Below, piece after piece: positions 1-10,208 of a DNA stretch of 64,000 nt; the stretch's first letter is position 1; each line of letters opens with the position of its first letter. The translations under genes and the position numbers were made by a program. Location: the NCBI GenBank assembly GCA_031413015.1, contig JANOEE010000016.1:72070-136069 (forward strand). Direction: 5' to 3'. The notes under the pieces are model-generated. The model had not been told where the DNA came from, did no database searches, and worked only from the letters and a program-made list of their open reading frames with translations. This DNA comes from Bacteroidota bacterium (GTDB lineage: Bacteria; Bacteroidota; Bacteroidia; Flavobacteriales; Flavobacteriaceae).

Positions 1-96
1 TGAAAAGTTAATCATTGTTAAACGTGCGTTAAACTGAATTTATAAAAACAAAAATCATATAATTTTACTGTTAAATAACTTAATTAAATACAAACA

Positions 97-1488
97 ATGA
101 AAAGATTTGGAAATTTATTTTTAGTCTCTTTGTTAAGTGGTGCAACAACACTTGGCGCTTATAAACTGTTTTTTGATGAAAATGCAGCCTACTCAAAATC
201 AGTTGTAACAGTTGCTCCTAATAATTATTCAAAAAATGTGGGGTTGAATGCCGAGAATATCGATTTCACTGAAGCAGCCGATAAGGCAGTACACTCAGTA
301 GTACACGTAAAAAATGTTTCTCGCCGAACAATTTCAGATCCTATAATGGAATATTTTTATGGTTATGGCGGTAGCCAGCAACAAGAACAAGTAGGTACTG
401 GCTCTGGAGTAATTATTTCAGAAGATGGTTATATCGTGACAAACAATCACGTGATAAAAGATGCTTCGGAAATTGAAATTACGCTCAACAACAAAAAAAG
501 CTACAAAGCAAAACTCATAGGTACCGATGTAAAAATGGACATTGCCTTATTAAAAATTGAAGCCAATGAAAAGTTAGCCTATTCTTCATTTGCAGATTCT
601 GATATTGTAAAAGTGGGCGAATGGGTACTTGCAGTGGGCAATCCTTACAACTTGACCTCGACTGTTACCGCCGGAATTGTTTCGGCAAAAGCACGAAATT
701 TAGATACTAATGGCATGCAATCGTTCATACAAACGGATGCTGCTGTAAATCCTGGGAATAGTGGTGGTGCTTTAGTAAACACCCGAGGAGAATTGATCGG
801 GATCAATACCATGATTTCCTCCCCTACAGGAAGTTACACAGGCTACTCCTTTGCAGTTCCTTCTAATATTACTAGAAAAATCATTGAAGACATTATGGAA
901 TTTGGCAATGTACAACGTGGTATTCTAGGCGTTCAAGGTTTAGAACTGAATGGTATGAATGCAAAAGAACTGGGCACCCAACAAACCGAAGGATTTTACA
1001 TTAATAGTGTTCAAAAAAATACTGGTGCTGATAAATCTGGCTTGGCCAAAGGGGATATTATTACCAAACTGGACAATCAAAATATTGCTTCTTTTGCGCA
1101 ACTGTCTTCTTATATTAATTCTAAAAGACCAAATGACAAAGTACAAGTTACCTTTATTCGTAACAGAAAAACACTTGTAGTACCTGTAGTGCTTTCAAAA
1201 AATGATATTTTTACTTATGAATTCAAAGGAATTGAAATTGAAAATATTAACGCCGCCGACAAAAAGAAATTTAAAATTGATTATGGTGTAAAAATCAAAT
1301 CACTAGACAATGAAAATTTAAATGAATATGCAAATGACATTAAGGGTGGTATCATTTTAAAAATAGGCAATATAAAAGCTGATGATGTAGAAACAGTTTC
1401 TAAACTATTATCTGGAGTTGCAAAAGAACAAAGCATAAGAATGGAATTACTGACTGTAAACGGAGAATTGGTCCGTGTCATTTTGTAA
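97..1488 (+). CDS. htrA: HtrA/DegP-family periplasmic serine endoprotease with C-terminal PDZ region
   Basis: ATG at 97. N-terminal signal-like segment. Trypsin-fold catalytic motifs TNNHV (His), DIALLK (Asp) and GNSGGAL (Ser). PDZ-like region GDIITKLDN. A hairpin terminator follows. Confidence 0.9.
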   Translation: MKRFGNLFLVSLLSGATTLGAYKLFFDENAAYSKSVVTVAPNNYSKNVGLNAENIDFTEAADKAVHSVVHVKNVSRRTISDPIMEYFYGYGGSQQQEQVGTGSGVIISEDGYIVTNNHVIKDASEIEITLNNKKSYKAKLIGTDVKMDIALLKIEANEKLAYSSFADSDIVKVGEWVLAVGNPYNLTSTVTAGIVSAKARNLDTNGMQSFIQTDAAVNPGNSGGALVNTRGELIGINTMISSPTGSYTGYSFAVPSNITRKIIEDIMEFGNVQRGILGVQGLELNGMNAKELGTQQTEGFYINSVQKNTGADKSGLAKGDIITKLDNQNIASFAQLSSYINSKRPNDKVQVTFIRNRKTLVVPVVLSKNDIFTYEFKGIEIENINAADKKKFKIDYGVKIKSLDNENLNEYANDIKGGIILKIGNIKADDVETVSKLLSGVAKEQSIRMELLTVNGELVRVIL

Positions 1489-1512
1489 ATTCCCCACTCA
1501 TATTCATTTTTT

Positions 1513-1543
1513 AAAAGCCGATTTTAATTGATCGGCTTTTTTT
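1513..1543 (+). terminator. Rho-independent terminator after htrA
   Basis: Stem aaaagccgat / atcggctttt with an 8-nt loop, followed by a T7 run. Confidence 0.6.
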
Positions 1544-1638
1544 ATTTTAAAATTTTAACGAAATCGTTTTCGCAAGCCGTTTCAAAATTTTACTTTTACA
1601 CAAAATAAACAACACTAACTATTTTATATCTTAAACAA

Positions 1639-3087
1639 ATGAACAACACCGTTTTATACGAAAAAGAACTTTCATTTCAAGCAAACCGAAGACGTGCTGG
1701 TGTAGAATTTATAAAAATTATCAGTGATTTATGGTATGATAAATCTATAGAATTGGTGCTTTTTAGAAACCAATTGATTGACAGAAATGTAAGCGACATC
1801 ATAAACCTTCATGAATATGCGGGTGCTTTTGTTGAAAAACCCATTTCGGTTTTTGACTCTGTAGAAATTGCTAAAGCCATTTTATCAATGGATTTACCGG
1901 CTTCCAAATTAGATATCGGTAAACTAACCTATGAATTTCACTTAGAGAACAACAAACACAATGATGCCAAATCATTTGTAATCGACAAACTGAGCAATGC
2001 AAAAGATTCGCAAAGCTTTCAGCCTAAAGATGTGGTACTTTACGGTTTTGGTCGTATAGGTCGTTTGTTGGCCAGAGAGTTGATGTCTAAAACAGGCAAA
2101 GGAAACCAGTTGCGATTAAGAGCCATTGTAACAAGAGATAAAAACGATGCTACTACTCTAGAAAAAAGAGCCTCACTATTGCGTTATGACTCTATTCACG
2201 GCGATTTTCAAGGTTCAGTAATAGCAGATCCAGAAAATAATGCATTGATTATTAACGGGACTACGGTTCATATTATTACAGCCAACAGCCCCGAAGAAAT
2301 TGATTATACAGAATATGGTATTGATGAAGCATTAATTATTGACAATACAGGCGCTTTTACAACTCAAGAAGCATTAGCAAGACATTTGACTTCAAAAGGT
2401 GCCGATAAAGTATTGTTAACAGCACCAGGAAAAGGGGTTCCTAATATTGTACATGGTGTGAATCATAATGAATATAATCCTGATGAAATCAATATATTTT
2501 CGGCTGCTTCGTGTACAACAAATGCCATTACTCCTATTTTAAAAGCAATTGAAGATACGCTTGGTGTTGTAAAAGGTCATTTAGAAACCATTCATGCCTA
2601 CACTAACGATCAGAATTTAGTAGACAACATGCACAAAAAATACCGTCGTGGTAGAGCTGCAGCTTTAAATATGGTTATTACAGAAACTGGAGCAGGAAGC
2701 GCAGTTGCAAAAGCATTGCCTTCGCTAGCTGGAAAATTAACATCAAACGCGATTCGTGTGCCTGTGCCAAATGGTTCTCTTGTAATTTTGAATTTAGAAA
2801 TCACAAAAACCACTTCAATTGCAGCAATTAATTCGATAATGAAAAAGTATGCGCTTGAAGGCGAATTGGTAGAGCAGATAAAATATTCTTTGAGCAACGA
2901 ACTGGTTTCGTCGGATATTGTAGGCACATCGGCACCCTCTATTTATGATAGTAATGCTACAATTGTTTCGGCCGATGGTAAAAATATCGTTTTGTACATT
3001 TGGTATGACAATGAATATGGTTACAGCCACCAAGTAATTCGATTGGCTAAATACATTTCGAAAGTAAGAAGATATACCTATTATTAG
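1639..3087 (+). CDS. gap: Glyceraldehyde-3-phosphate dehydrogenase, long form with a roughly 130-aa N-terminal extension
   Basis: Rossmann motif VVLYGFGRIGRL starts near residue 131. Catalytic motif SAASCTTNAI is present. C-terminal WYDNEYGYS is typical of GAPDH. Confidence 0.85.
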   Translation: MNNTVLYEKELSFQANRRRAGVEFIKIISDLWYDKSIELVLFRNQLIDRNVSDIINLHEYAGAFVEKPISVFDSVEIAKAILSMDLPASKLDIGKLTYEFHLENNKHNDAKSFVIDKLSNAKDSQSFQPKDVVLYGFGRIGRLLARELMSKTGKGNQLRLRAIVTRDKNDATTLEKRASLLRYDSIHGDFQGSVIADPENNALIINGTTVHIITANSPEEIDYTEYGIDEALIIDNTGAFTTQEALARHLTSKGADKVLLTAPGKGVPNIVHGVNHNEYNPDEINIFSAASCTTNAITPILKAIEDTLGVVKGHLETIHAYTNDQNLVDNMHKKYRRGRAAALNMVITETGAGSAVAKALPSLAGKLTSNAIRVPVPNGSLVILNLEITKTTSIAAINSIMKKYALEGELVEQIKYSLSNELVSSDIVGTSAPSIYDSNATIVSADGKNIVLYIWYDNEYGYSHQVIRLAKYISKVRRYTYY

Positions 3088-3114
3088 TCGCTGGGTTATT
3101 TTACTCAATTTCAC

Positions 3115-3147
3115 AAAAAAATCCATTTCTATGAAATGGATTTTTTT
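3115..3147. terminator. Bidirectional hairpin terminator between the convergent gap and permease genes
   Basis: A6 run, stem atccatttc / gaaatggat with a 3-nt loop, then a T7 run. Confidence 0.6.
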
Positions 3148-3170
3148 ATTGTAAATATAAATTTCAAAAA

Positions 3171-4586
3171 TTAATTAATCTCCTTAGGCTTTGTAAGATA
3201 GTAAATCGGAATTCCGATAAGCATGATTAAAACGCCCCAGCCACAAGTACTGGTTTTTGTAAACAACAACGCAATTGAAATACTGCTTGCCACTACAATA
3301 TAAACCAAAGGTAAAAAAGGATAGCCAAAGGCTTTGTAAGGCCTTTCTATATTGGGCATTTTTTTGCGAAGAATAAAAATACCATAAATGGTCAAAATAT
3401 AAAAAATCAATACAATAATAATTACAAAATCCAGCAAGTCATTGTATTTCCCTGTCAAACACAAGGCCGAAGCCCAAAAAAACTGAGCCCACAGGGCCCA
3501 TTGCGGCACACTTGCACTATTTAAAACTGCCGCTTTTTTGAAAAACAATCCGTCTTTTGCCATGGTATAATAAACTCTGGCGCCAGCCATAATCAAGCCA
3601 TTGTTACAAGCAAAAGTAGAAATCATGATCATTACTGCAATAATCAAGGTACCAATATTACCAAAAATATATTGTGAAGCTACTACTGCTACTCTGTCGG
3701 ATTTAGCTGTAGCTATTTCGTCAAAAGGAATCACAGCCAGGTACATCAAATTGGCCAAGATATAAATGACACAAACAATCAAAGTGCCTAAAAATAAACT
3801 CAAACCTACATTGCGTTTTGGATTTTTTATTTCTCCTGCAATAAAGGTAACACCGTTCCATGCATCACTAGAAAACAAGGAGCCTACCATAGCTGCCGAA
3901 ATTCCTGTGATCAATGCGGTACCACTTATAGGCAACCAAGAGCCTGTTTCTTTTACAAAAGTTCGTGTACCCCAGGCATCGGCCCAATTGGCATCCCAAA
4001 CCTCCGCTTTTGCAGCTAATACAAATCCAAAAACAATCAATCCTAAAAGTGAAAATATTTTTATAATGGTAAGTACTGTTTGTAAAACCTTACTGTCCTT
4101 TACGCCACGACTGTTCAAATAACTTAAAAATACAATCATGATGATAGCCACAATTTGTGCCGCATTGACTTGAAAACTACCAATTGAAAACAATATATTT
4201 TCATCACTAAAAGGCTCATACAAATAAGCTGCAAATTTAGAAAATGCAACGCCTACCGCAGCTATAGTACCCGTTTGAATGACCGCAAAGAAACTCCAGC
4301 CATATAAAAAAGCAATTAATTTGCCATATGCTTCTTTAAGATACACATATTGTCCTCCGGCTTTAGGAAACATCGCACTTAACTCTCCATAACTTACAGC
4401 TGCAATAACCGTTATTAATCCAGAAATAACCCAAATCAAAGTGAGCCAACCTGCAGAACCTACTTGTCTTGCAATATCCGAACTTACAATAAATATACCT
4501 GAGCCTATCATTGAACCTACCACAAGCATGGTTCCGTCTAATAGTCCAAGTTCTCTTTTAAAATCATCTTGATTTTGGTTTTCCAT
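3171..4586 (-). CDS. APC-superfamily amino acid permease (LAT/SteT-like)
   Basis: 471 aa, about 12 hydrophobic segments. N-terminal motif GTMLVVGSMIGSGIF is typical of APC transporters. ATG at 4586. Confidence 0.85.
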   Translation of the reverse strand: MENQNQDDFKRELGLLDGTMLVVGSMIGSGIFIVSSDIARQVGSAGWLTLIWVISGLITVIAAVSYGELSAMFPKAGGQYVYLKEAYGKLIAFLYGWSFFAVIQTGTIAAVGVAFSKFAAYLYEPFSDENILFSIGSFQVNAAQIVAIIMIVFLSYLNSRGVKDSKVLQTVLTIIKIFSLLGLIVFGFVLAAKAEVWDANWADAWGTRTFVKETGSWLPISGTALITGISAAMVGSLFSSDAWNGVTFIAGEIKNPKRNVGLSLFLGTLIVCVIYILANLMYLAVIPFDEIATAKSDRVAVVASQYIFGNIGTLIIAVMIMISTFACNNGLIMAGARVYYTMAKDGLFFKKAAVLNSASVPQWALWAQFFWASALCLTGKYNDLLDFVIIIVLIFYILTIYGIFILRKKMPNIERPYKAFGYPFLPLVYIVVASSISIALLFTKTSTCGWGVLIMLIGIPIYYLTKPKEIN

Positions 4587-4930
4587 AATGTATATTTTGC
4601 ATTTTGATTTGGCTAAAGATATACATTTTTAAGAAAATGAATGCCATCAAATTAAAATTGTAAAATGTCTTCAATAGACCAAATATTTTTTAGTTTATTA
4701 AATAAAACGAACTAAAATATTAAGTCAAACATAATTTTAAAAATTTAATCTTAACACATGTAAAATTACAGAAAACCTTTATAAAACTATAAAATAGATG
4801 AAATCAAATAAAAATAAGCGAATGTCAAAATACGAGATTATTTAACATAAATATTCGTAATATTTCTAAAATTTTAAATTCATTTATATGAAGTATTTTA
4901 TTCCAAATTTAATATTTTGAAAATTTATTT

Positions 4931-5194
4931 ATGCTGCCAGCCCATATTGGTTTTATCCTCATTTTTGCACAAATAAGTTTTGGAACCACAAATTTCACAA
5001 GTGCTCTTTACGTAAATGGCGATTTAAGAATTAGAAATACAAATGTGACAGTTACCCCAACTGCTCCAAAATATTCTATTTTTACAGTGAAAATTAGAGA
5101 GGTGATAACCTTTAAGATTATATCTGATTTGAGTAATATAAAATTATTAGGGACAATAGAGAATTGCTTCTTTACTGTACAACAGATAAGATAA
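4931..5194 (+). CDS. Hypothetical small protein (87 aa), uncertain
   Basis: This is the only sizeable ORF in a 670-bp spacer. It has a hydrophobic N-terminus. A near-consensus -7 element (taatattttg) lies 12-21 nt upstream of the ATG. A hairpin followed by T8 lies about 12 nt after the stop. The segment FGTTNFTSALYVNGDLRI loosely resembles the GIGTTxPxxxLxVxG motif of tail-fibre-like proteins. That resemblance is from memory only. Confidence 0.3.
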   Translation: MLPAHIGFILIFAQISFGTTNFTSALYVNGDLRIRNTNVTVTPTAPKYSIFTVKIREVITFKIISDLSNIKLLGTIENCFFTVQQIR

Positions 5195-5205
5195 AACTCA
5201 AAGAC

Positions 5206-5242
5206 AAAAGCCTTGTATTTTAAAATTACAAGGCTTTTTTTT
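5206..5242. terminator. Hairpin terminator shared by the small ORF (+) and aconitase (-)
   Basis: Stem aaagccttgta / tacaaggcttt. T8 follows on the plus strand, and only a T4-G-T-C-T3 tract follows on the minus strand. Confidence 0.6.
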
Positions 5243-5260
5243 ATGAAAGTGAAAATAGTA

Positions 5261-7525
5261 TTAAGCTTTACCTGCTGCAATCAAGTTCAGTGCTGAACCA
5301 GCAACAAACCAACCGATTTGACCAGCATTATAAGTATGATTGGCCAAGATAAAATCCTTTGTACCATCTGCGTGAATAAATTCTAATGTCAATGGTTTTC
5401 CAGGTGCAAAATCAACCAAATCTATAAAATTAATGGTGTCATTTTCCTGAATTTTATCATAATCGGCTTCATTAGCAAATGTCAAACCTAGCAAACCTTG
5501 CTTTTTCAAATTCGTTTCGTGAATACGTGCAAATGATTTTACCAAAACCGCTTTAACACCCAAGAATCTTGGTTCCATTGCAGCATGTTCTCTTGAAGAA
5601 CCTTCTCCATAATTGTGATCTCCCACAACTATTGATGGCACACCAGCCGCTTTGTAAGCTCTGGCTACAGCAGGAACTGCGTCATAAGCACCTGTTATTT
5701 GGTTTTTAACCATATTTGGTTTTTGATTAAATGCGTTTATAGCACCTATCAACATATTATTAGAAATATTATCCAAATGTCCGCGGAAACGCAACCATGG
5801 TCCAGCCATAGAAATATGATCGGTGGTACATTTTCCAAAAGCCTTAATCAACAACTTGGCACCTGTAATATTTTTTCCGTCCCAAGGCAAGAAAGGCGCT
5901 AACAGTTGTAATCTTTCTGATGTAGGAGATACCACAACTTGAACGCCTGAACCATCTGCTGATGGCGCTTGAAAACCTGCATCTTCAACAGCAAAACCTC
6001 GTGGTGGCAATTCATTTCCGGTTGGTTCGTCAAATTTTACTTCTTCGCCATTTTCATTGATTAAAGTATCTGTGAGAGGATTAAATGACAAATCACCTGC
6101 AATGGCCAAGGCGGTTACCAATTCTGGAGAACCTACAAAAGCCAAAGTATTAGGATTACCATCTGCACGTTTAGAAAAGTTACGGTTAAAAGAGTGAACA
6201 ATAGTATTTCTCTCTTCTTTTTCAGCGCCTTCTCTATCCCACATTCCAATACAAGGTCCGCAAGCATTAGCAAAAACTGTGGCACCAATTTTATCGAAAG
6301 TATCAATAAAGCCATCACGTTCAATGGTGTAGCGCACTAGTTCTGAACCTGGTGTTATGGTAAATTGTGATTTTATTTTTAAATTTTTAGCTAAAACTTG
6401 TTCCGCTAAAGAAGCAGCACGAGAAATATCTTCATAAGATGAATTCGTACAAGAACCAATTAAACCCACTTGGATTTTTAAAGGCCAGTTATTTTTAATA
6501 GCTTCTTCTTTCATTTTAGAAATTGGCGTCGCCAAATCCGGCGTAAAAGGACCATTCAAATGAGGCTCTAATTCTGATAAATTGATTTCTATAACTTGGT
6601 CAAAATACAATTCTGGATTGGCATACACTTCAGCATCGCCAGTTAAATATTTTGCTATTTTATTCGCTTCATCAGCAATATCAGCCCTGTCTGTAGAACG
6701 CAAATATCGGTCCATAGAAGCATCATACCCAAAAGTAGATGTAGTTGCACCGATTTCGGCACCCATATTACAAATAGTACCTTTTCCTGTACAAGACATA
6801 GAAGTAGCACCTTCGCCAAAATATTCTACAATAGCACCGGTTCCACCTTTTACAGTAAGAATTCCTGCTACTTTAAGAATAACATCTTTTGGCGCTGTCC
6901 AACCAGATAATTTTCCTGTTAATTTAACACCGATGAGTTTTGGAAATTTTAATTCCCAAGCCATGCCAGACATAACATCAACTGCATCTGCACCACCTAC
7001 ACCTATGGCCACCATACCTAAACCACCAGCATTTACTGTATGAGAATCGGTACCTATCATCATTCCACCAGGAAATGCATAGTTTTCTAATACTACTTGG
7101 TGAATAATTCCAGCGCCTGGTTTCCAAAATCCGATACCATATTTGTCTGAAACCGAAGATAAAAAATCAAAAACCTCATTGCTTTGTGTTTTAGCACGAG
7201 CTAAATCTGTTGCTGCGTCTACTTTTGCTTGGATCAAGTGATCACAATGTACAGTAGTAGGAACGGCAACTTTTGCTTTTCCAGCATGCATGAATTGCAA
7301 CAATGCCATTTGCGCTGTTGCATCTTGACAAGCTACTCTATCAGGAGCAAAATCTACATAATCTTTACCTCTTTCAAATGCGTGAGAAGGTTTCCCTTCC
7401 CAAAGGTGATTGTATAAAATTTTCTCAGTAAGTGTAAGTGGACGCCCAACTATTTCGCGCGCGATGTCAACACGAGTGGTCATGTTTTCATACACTTTTT
7501 TAATCATTTCAATATCAAAAGCCAT
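5261..7525 (-). CDS. Aconitate hydratase (about 754 aa, mitochondrial-type length)
   Basis: Strong aconitase signatures: IGTDSHT, GSCTNSS and CGPCIG Fe-S ligand motifs. The ORF-track start at 7555 is a TTG, so I place the start at the ATG at 7525 ([10 protein letters not shown]). Confidence 0.9.
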   Translation of the reverse strand: MAFDIEMIKKVYENMTTRVDIAREIVGRPLTLTEKILYNHLWEGKPSHAFERGKDYVDFAPDRVACQDATAQMALLQFMHAGKAKVAVPTTVHCDHLIQAKVDAATDLARAKTQSNEVFDFLSSVSDKYGIGFWKPGAGIIHQVVLENYAFPGGMMIGTDSHTVNAGGLGMVAIGVGGADAVDVMSGMAWELKFPKLIGVKLTGKLSGWTAPKDVILKVAGILTVKGGTGAIVEYFGEGATSMSCTGKGTICNMGAEIGATTSTFGYDASMDRYLRSTDRADIADEANKIAKYLTGDAEVYANPELYFDQVIEINLSELEPHLNGPFTPDLATPISKMKEEAIKNNWPLKIQVGLIGSCTNSSYEDISRAASLAEQVLAKNLKIKSQFTITPGSELVRYTIERDGFIDTFDKIGATVFANACGPCIGMWDREGAEKEERNTIVHSFNRNFSKRADGNPNTLAFVGSPELVTALAIAGDLSFNPLTDTLINENGEEVKFDEPTGNELPPRGFAVEDAGFQAPSADGSGVQVVVSPTSERLQLLAPFLPWDGKNITGAKLLIKAFGKCTTDHISMAGPWLRFRGHLDNISNNMLIGAINAFNQKPNMVKNQITGAYDAVPAVARAYKAAGVPSIVVGDHNYGEGSSREHAAMEPRFLGVKAVLVKSFARIHETNLKKQGLLGLTFANEADYDKIQENDTINFIDLVDFAPGKPLTLEFIHADGTKDFILANHTYNAGQIGWFVAGSALNLIAAGKA

Positions 7526-7552
7526 ATAATAAGGATTGTTTGTTTGTAGATA

Positions 7553-7560
7553 CAAATTTA
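7553..7560 (-). promoter_or_regulatory. Candidate Bacteroidota -7 promoter box (TAAATTTG) for aconitase
   Basis: Exact TAnnTTTG match on the minus strand, 27 nt upstream of the ATG. A TTG lies 22 nt further upstream. Confidence 0.35.
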
Positions 7561-7781
7561 ATGAATTCTACTCATAATTGAACAATTTTTAATAAAAGAC
7601 ACAATTCAAACCATTATTATTCCTAAAAATGGAATTTTAGTGGTTATTATTAAATTAAATTCCTATTTGAATTAAAATATTATGTAATTGTTAATTTAAA
7701 CTATCTTTTTTGTCAAATTCGGAATTTACAATATAATTTGAAACACTTTGTAAATTAAGAACGCTTCTAAATTAAGGGTTT

Positions 7782-7816
7782 AAAAAAATCCGCTAGAATA
7801 AGGTAGCGGATTTTTG
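7782..7816 (-). terminator. Rho-independent terminator after the MoxR gene
   Basis: Stem atccgcta / tagcggat, followed by T7 on the minus strand. Confidence 0.6.
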
Positions 7817-7823
7817 ACTTTAT

Positions 7824-8777
7824 TTAAAACAAAGTAGTTATGATTTGTTCAATTGAAATGCCTTCGGCATCAGCTTTATAATTCTTAACAACACGATGTC
7901 TTAATATACCTATTGCTACTGCTTTGACATCCTCTATATCTGGAGAAAATTTACCATTAAAAGCGGCATGGGTTTTGGCTGCTAAAATTAAATTTTGTGA
8001 TGCACGTGGTCCAGCTCCCCAATCAATATAATTCTTAATGTAGTCATTAGACAAACCGTTATTAGGTCGGGTTTTACTAACCAGTGTTACAGCATATTCA
8101 ATGACATTGTCTGCCACGGGAATCCTGCGAACCAATTGTTGGTAATCGATAATTTCTTGTGCCGTGAATAAGGCGTTGATGGTTTCATTTTTATCAGATG
8201 TAGTTGTTTTTACAACTTGAATCTCTTCGGCAAAAGAAGGATAATCTAATTTTATTGAAAACATAAAGCGATCCAGTTGCGCTTCTGGCAAAGGATAAGT
8301 TCCTTCTTGCTCAATTGGGTTTTGCGTGGCCAACACAAAATATGGCAAATCCAATTTGTAATTCGTTCCAGCGATTGTTATGGCCCTTTCCTGCATGGCT
8401 TCTAATAAGGCCGCTTGGGTTTTAGGTGGCGTCCTGTTAATTTCGTCAGCTAATATAATATTAGAAAATACTGGACCTTTAATGAATTTAAACTGACGGT
8501 TTTCGTCTAATATCTCACTCCCTAAAATATCTGAAGGCATCAAATCTGGTGTGAATTGTATGCGCTTAAAATCCAAACCCAGAGCTTGTGCTAACGTATT
8601 GACCATAAGGGTTTTTGCCAACCCGGGCACACCTACTAAAAGTGCGTGTCCTCCTGAAAAAATGCTCAAAAGTACCTGATCAACAACAACTTCCTGACCA
8701 ATAATGATCTTTGAAATTTCTTTTTTTAGTTCTTTTCTTTTTTCTACTAAATTTTGAATTGCAGCTACGTCAGACAT
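7824..8777 (-). CDS. MoxR-family AAA+ ATPase
   Basis: 317 aa. Walker A GVPGLAKT and Walker B ILADEINR. AAA_3/MoxR layout with the conserved RASQ region. Confidence 0.9.
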   Translation of the reverse strand: MSDVAAIQNLVEKRKELKKEISKIIIGQEVVVDQVLLSIFSGGHALLVGVPGLAKTLMVNTLAQALGLDFKRIQFTPDLMPSDILGSEILDENRQFKFIKGPVFSNIILADEINRTPPKTQAALLEAMQERAITIAGTNYKLDLPYFVLATQNPIEQEGTYPLPEAQLDRFMFSIKLDYPSFAEEIQVVKTTTSDKNETINALFTAQEIIDYQQLVRRIPVADNVIEYAVTLVSKTRPNNGLSNDYIKNYIDWGAGPRASQNLILAAKTHAAFNGKFSPDIEDVKAVAIGILRHRVVKNYKADAEGISIEQIITTLF

Positions 8778-8804
8778 ATTTCAGATAGTAATTTTGTGTT
8801 ACAA

Positions 8805-10208
8805 TTATTTTTTGAGCCAGTTGTTTGTAAAACCACAATCTCCGTATTCTCCGTTGATTTTAATGTAGGTTTCTTTGATTTTTTCGTCAAACCACTTGCC
8901 TACAGCTTTAATTTGTTTTTCTTTTAATGCTAATTCTTTAATTTTTAAATAATCCTTAGCATAATCCGCCGCATGAGACGGAATTCTATTGGTTACGGTA
9001 AGTAATTTAAAAACTTTTTTACCCATTTCATCTTCATCCATTTGAGGAATAGTAATTTCTCCTTCTTTCAAGTTAGAAACTTGCGTGTATAAAGTCGGAT
9101 CCATTTTTGTCAATTCAAAACGGGTATCCAACGTTTTAGGATTAATCAATGCCCCACCATTTGCTCTGGTTTCTTTTTCGGTAGAAGATGCTCTCGCTGC
9201 ATCTGCAAATGTTATCTCTTTGTCAACAATTTTCTTTCTGATCAACGCGATTTCTTCTCTGGCGGTTTTTAAATCATCATCAGAAATTTTAGGAAACAAA
9301 AGAATGTGTCTGATGTCCAATTCTTGACCACGGATTTTTTCTACATAAAGGATATGATAGCCATACATGGTTTCAAAAGGTTCAGAGATTTCACCTTCGT
9401 TCAAACTAAAAGCAACGTCTTTGAATTCTTTAACCAATGGTGATTTTCTATTGATTTTCATAAAACCACCCGTAGATTTTGATCCAGGATCTTGAGAATA
9501 AAGTACTGCTTTACTAAAAAAACTAGATCCTTCTTGCACTTCTTTTTTAAATTCTTTGAGCTTATCAATTACTTTTTGCTTTTCGGCATCAGAAATTTTT
9601 GGCGCAACAACAATTTGTGCTACTTCCATCTCATCGCCAAAAACAGGCAACTCTTCTTTTGGCAATTTTTTAAAAAAATTACGAACTTCTTCTGGAGTTA
9701 TTTGAACTTCATCAATGATTTTGCGTTGCATTTCGGCCGTTAACTTGCCCGTTTTTAAAATATCGAACAAGTCGGTTCTAAAATCTTCCTCTGTATTTTT
9801 TTTGTAAACCTTTATGATTTTTTCCATTGAACCAAAGTTTTCAATCATAGCAGCAATTCTCTCGCCTACCATACTATTGATTTCGGCATCACTTACTGCA
9901 ATACTGTCTTGAATGGCATGGTGCGCGTACAAACGGTCTTCTAATAATTTACCCAACATCATGCATCTTGTAATATCGTTTACAGAACCACCTTGACTGG
10001 TAATTTCAAGAAATGATTTATCAATATCTGAGTCCAACAATATATAGTCACCAACTGAAGCAATAACGCCGTCTATTTTTTGTCTTTGATTGATAACCTG
10101 TGGTTTTTTTATGGTACCGTCTTTAATAACATCTTGTGCATTTGTTCCAAAAATGGTAGCAATTGCCAGCAAAAAAAACAGGCTTATTTTATTATTTATA
10201 AATTTCAT
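8805..10208 (-). CDS. SurA-like periplasmic chaperone / parvulin-type peptidyl-prolyl isomerase
   Basis: Signal peptide MKFINNKISLFFLLAIATIFGTNAQ. Parvulin motifs YGYHILYVE and IRHILL. The ORF-track start at 10250 is a TTG. ATG candidates lie at 10232, 10229, 10217 and 10208, and I chose 10208. Confidence 0.75.
   Translation of the reverse strand: MKFINNKISLFFLLAIATIFGTNAQDVIKDGTIKKPQVINQRQKIDGVIASVGDYILLDSDIDKSFLEITSQGGSVNDITRCMMLGKLLEDRLYAHHAIQDSIAVSDAEINSMVGERIAAMIENFGSMEKIIKVYKKNTEEDFRTDLFDILKTGKLTAEMQRKIIDEVQITPEEVRNFFKKLPKEELPVFGDEMEVAQIVVAPKISDAEKQKVIDKLKEFKKEVQEGSSFFSKAVLYSQDPGSKSTGGFMKINRKSPLVKEFKDVAFSLNEGEISEPFETMYGYHILYVEKIRGQELDIRHILLFPKISDDDLKTAREEIALIRKKIVDKEITFADAARASSTEKETRANGGALINPKTLDTRFELTKMDPTLYTQVSNLKEGEITIPQMDEDEMGKKVFKLLTVTNRIPSHAADYAKDYLKIKELALKEKQIKAVGKWFDEKIKETYIKINGEYGDCGFTNNWLKK

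Noticed and set aside
6582-7043. 153-aa plus-strand ORF inside aconitase. Similar long antisense ORFs occur at 48003-48413 (in cysD), 40740-41147 (in wza) and 16486-16839 (in the adhesin).
   Set aside because: Each lies antisense to a strongly recognisable conserved protein. None has motifs of its own. These are typical shadow ORFs.
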